Positions 17,130-18,562 of a stretch of 18,562 nucleotides of DNA are shown piece after piece. The translations under genes were made by a program, and so were the position numbers. Numbering within the stretch: position 1 is the first letter of the stretch; every line of letters starts with the position of its first letter. Where the stretch lies: positions 1 through 18,562 of IMG/VR virus record IMGVR_UViG_3300030021_000030; one strand, 5' to 3'. Source of the DNA: a virus (Duplodnaviria; Heunggongvirae; Uroviricota; Caudoviricetes). The notes beneath the pieces are model-generated. The model did no database searches, was not told where the DNA came from, and saw only the letters and a list, made by a program, of their open reading frames with translations.

Positions 17130-17973
17130 TTCTAATGCAGAAAACTTTTCTTGGTCTAATGAAGCGGAAAATGTGATCAGTTTATTTTATGATGCTGATA
17201 TTATGGTCTATGTTGAAGGTGAAGATGACATTGCTTTTTGGGAAATAATTTTTAAAAAAAATGGTCGTTTTAATGTAGAAGTTCAAGATGTTGGTGGATG
17301 TGAAGCTTTACAACCATATATCGAAAAAATAACCTCAGGAGAAATAAACGCCATAGTTGCCAGAGATTCGGATCTAAACCATTTTTCTGACAACATAGTA
17401 AAGCATACAAATATTATTTACACAAAGGGATATTCAATAGAAAACACAATCATTGATGAAAAAATCATATCACACATACTCAAAAACACAGGCCGTTTTT
17501 GCACGAAAAAAATGCAGGAAATAGATGTGGAAAATTGGCTTTCTAATTTCTATAGCAACATTGAGAACTTAATAATACTAGATATTCACAATCATTTAAA
17601 TAAATTAGGATGCTCCGTAATTGGTGATTCCTGTGATCGTTTTATGCAATCAAGAAATTCATACAATATATGCAAGGAAAAAATAGATGAATATATCAAT
17701 AGACTACCTGAATCGTTTACTACTAATGGTTTAGCAGAAAAAAACAACATTCAATTCCCAGAAAATACATCTATAAATCATTGGGTGAAAGGGCACTTTC
17801 TTTTCTCAGCATCATTAAGATTTATAACAAACTTTTTGGCATCCATCAATAAAAAAACCTCTATATCCAAGGATAGTTTTTACGCAAACATCTTGTCTGC
17901 ATTTGAGATTTTTTATACAGAAGAACATGCTGATTATAGTTATTACAATCAAAAGATAGGGGCCATCACATAA
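17116..17973 (+). CDS. TOPRIM/DUF4435-like putative nuclease, 285 aa; candidate AriB-like effector
   Basis: N-terminal VYVEGEDD (conserved Glu, aa 34) and ARDSD (DxD, aa 84-86) resemble TOPRIM metal-binding motifs of OLD/DUF4435 proteins. The start overlaps the ATPase stop by 14 nt, with a GAGAGA Shine-Dalgarno inside the upstream gene. Confidence 0.7.
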   Translation: MLINDSNAENFSWSNEAENVISLFYDADIMVYVEGEDDIAFWEIIFKKNGRFNVEVQDVGGCEALQPYIEKITSGEINAIVARDSDLNHFSDNIVKHTNIIYTKGYSIENTIIDEKIISHILKNTGRFCTKKMQEIDVENWLSNFYSNIENLIILDIHNHLNKLGCSVIGDSCDRFMQSRNSYNICKEKIDEYINRLPESFTTNGLAEKNNIQFPENTSINHWVKGHFLFSASLRFITNFLASINKKTSISKDSFYANILSAFEIFYTEEHADYSYYNQKIGAIT

Positions 17974-17982
17974 AAAAATAAA

Positions 17983-18002
17983 GGCTGGCTTTTATGCCAG
18001 CC
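17983..18002 (-). terminator. Hairpin terminator at the 3' end of S, preventing late-operon read-through into the cassette
   Basis: ggctggc (17983-17989) / gccagcc (17996-18002) stem with 6-nt loop. On the minus strand it is followed by TTTATTTTTT; on the plus strand it directly follows the cassette stop codon. Confidence 0.5.
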
Positions 18003-18450
18003 AATCCCCAGAAAATAAATTCATAATGAATATTTTTCGAATTAATTTTTCACATCCATTTAATCCAAGCAATTTTCTCTCTGCGTAACGGATCTCAGGT
18101 CCTTTGCGGCTGACGCGATCACGTAGGCCGTAATGGTGAACGCGGGCAATGCGCTGTACCTTACCTTCAAACTGTACGCTGGCAGTATCCGCGCTGGCGG
18201 CAGTTTTCAGGTATTTTGTAGTGCGCAGCTTTGTAAACATCTGACGTTTGATCCGCCCCTTTTTACTGCGTGCTGTTACCCGTCGCGGTTCATAGCTGCT
18301 GCCGTCAGGGTTGCGCTGCATCCTGATATTATGCTGCTGTGTCCGGCGCAGTTCCTGCGACAGCTGGCGCATCATGCGGCTTCTTGCGGCTGGTTCTAGA
18401 TTCGCCAGCAAGGCACTCAGCCAGTCGTCCACCTTCTGCAGTTCAGCCAC
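17992..18450 (-). CDS. S: Tail completion / virion morphogenesis protein gpS-like, GTG start
   Basis: 152-aa ORF resembling the phage virion morphogenesis (P2 gpS) family, located upstream of V as in P2; start codon GTG. Confidence 0.75.
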   Translation of the reverse strand: MAELQKVDDWLSALLANLEPAARSRMMRQLSQELRRTQQHNIRMQRNPDGSSYEPRRVTARSKKGRIKRQMFTKLRTTKYLKTAASADTASVQFEGKVQRIARVHHYGLRDRVSRKGPEIRYAERKLLGLNGCEKLIRKIFIMNLFSGDWLA

Positions 18451-18562
18451 GTTTCACCGTCCACATTTCTTCAGGTTCATCGGGTTCTGCTACAGCTTCA
18501 ACGCTCGACACACTGCCGTCAGTGCTGACCAGCACACGTTCCGTCAGTTGCAGGTTAAGGCT
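18443..18562 (-). CDS. R: Tail completion protein gpR-like, 3' fragment (gene continues beyond the window)
   Basis: Open frame to the window edge ending ...EPDEPEEMWTVKRG, with its TGA overlapping the S start. Assignment rests on position in the P2 gene order only. Confidence 0.5.
   Translation of the reverse strand, partial: SLNLQLTERVLVSTDGSVSSVEAVAEPDEPEEMWTVKRG

Larger units (their letters stand above)
3226..18562 (-). mobile_element. P2-like (Peduovirus-type) prophage, ogr-proximal arm; left boundary approximate, right side continues beyond the window
   Basis: Collinear P2 late-gene order on the minus strand (R S V W J I H ... FI FII E E' T U D ogr) with translationally coupled overlaps; abuts the host ybjL terminator. 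The att core was not identified. Confidence 0.85.

Noticed and set aside
1-18562. CRISPR arrays, tRNA/rRNA genes, IS elements
   Set aside because: No regularly spaced direct repeats, no tRNA-like cloverleaf candidates and no transposase-like ORFs were seen anywhere in the window.

Overview
The window holds two things: a short run of E. coli-type core genes (ybjC, grxA, ybjM, ybjL; 1..3067) and, from about 3.2 kb to the end, the ogr-proximal arm of a P2-like prophage on the minus strand (R', S, V, W, J, I, H, an invertase locus, FI, FII, E/E', T, U, D, ogr). Three parts of the prophage are not standard P2 structural content. (1) An AT-rich two-gene cassette on the opposite strand between S and V (15873..17973) encodes an ABC/SMC-like ATPase and a 285-aa TOPRIM/DUF4435-like protein, which I read as a PARIS-like (AriA/AriB-type) anti-phage system or a divergent relative; this is the most interesting feature. 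(2) A roughly 1.1-kb Gin/Hin-type invertible segment bounded by inverted 26-bp gix-like sites lies inside the tail-fibre gene, with an adjacent serine invertase. It carries an alternative fibre tip and a single tail-fibre chaperone gene. (3) The E/E' -1 frameshift site (T_TTT_TTG) is intact. All calls rest on reading the supplied ORF translations, motifs and repeats by eye; no database search was run, so homology statements are recognition-based and should be confirmed.
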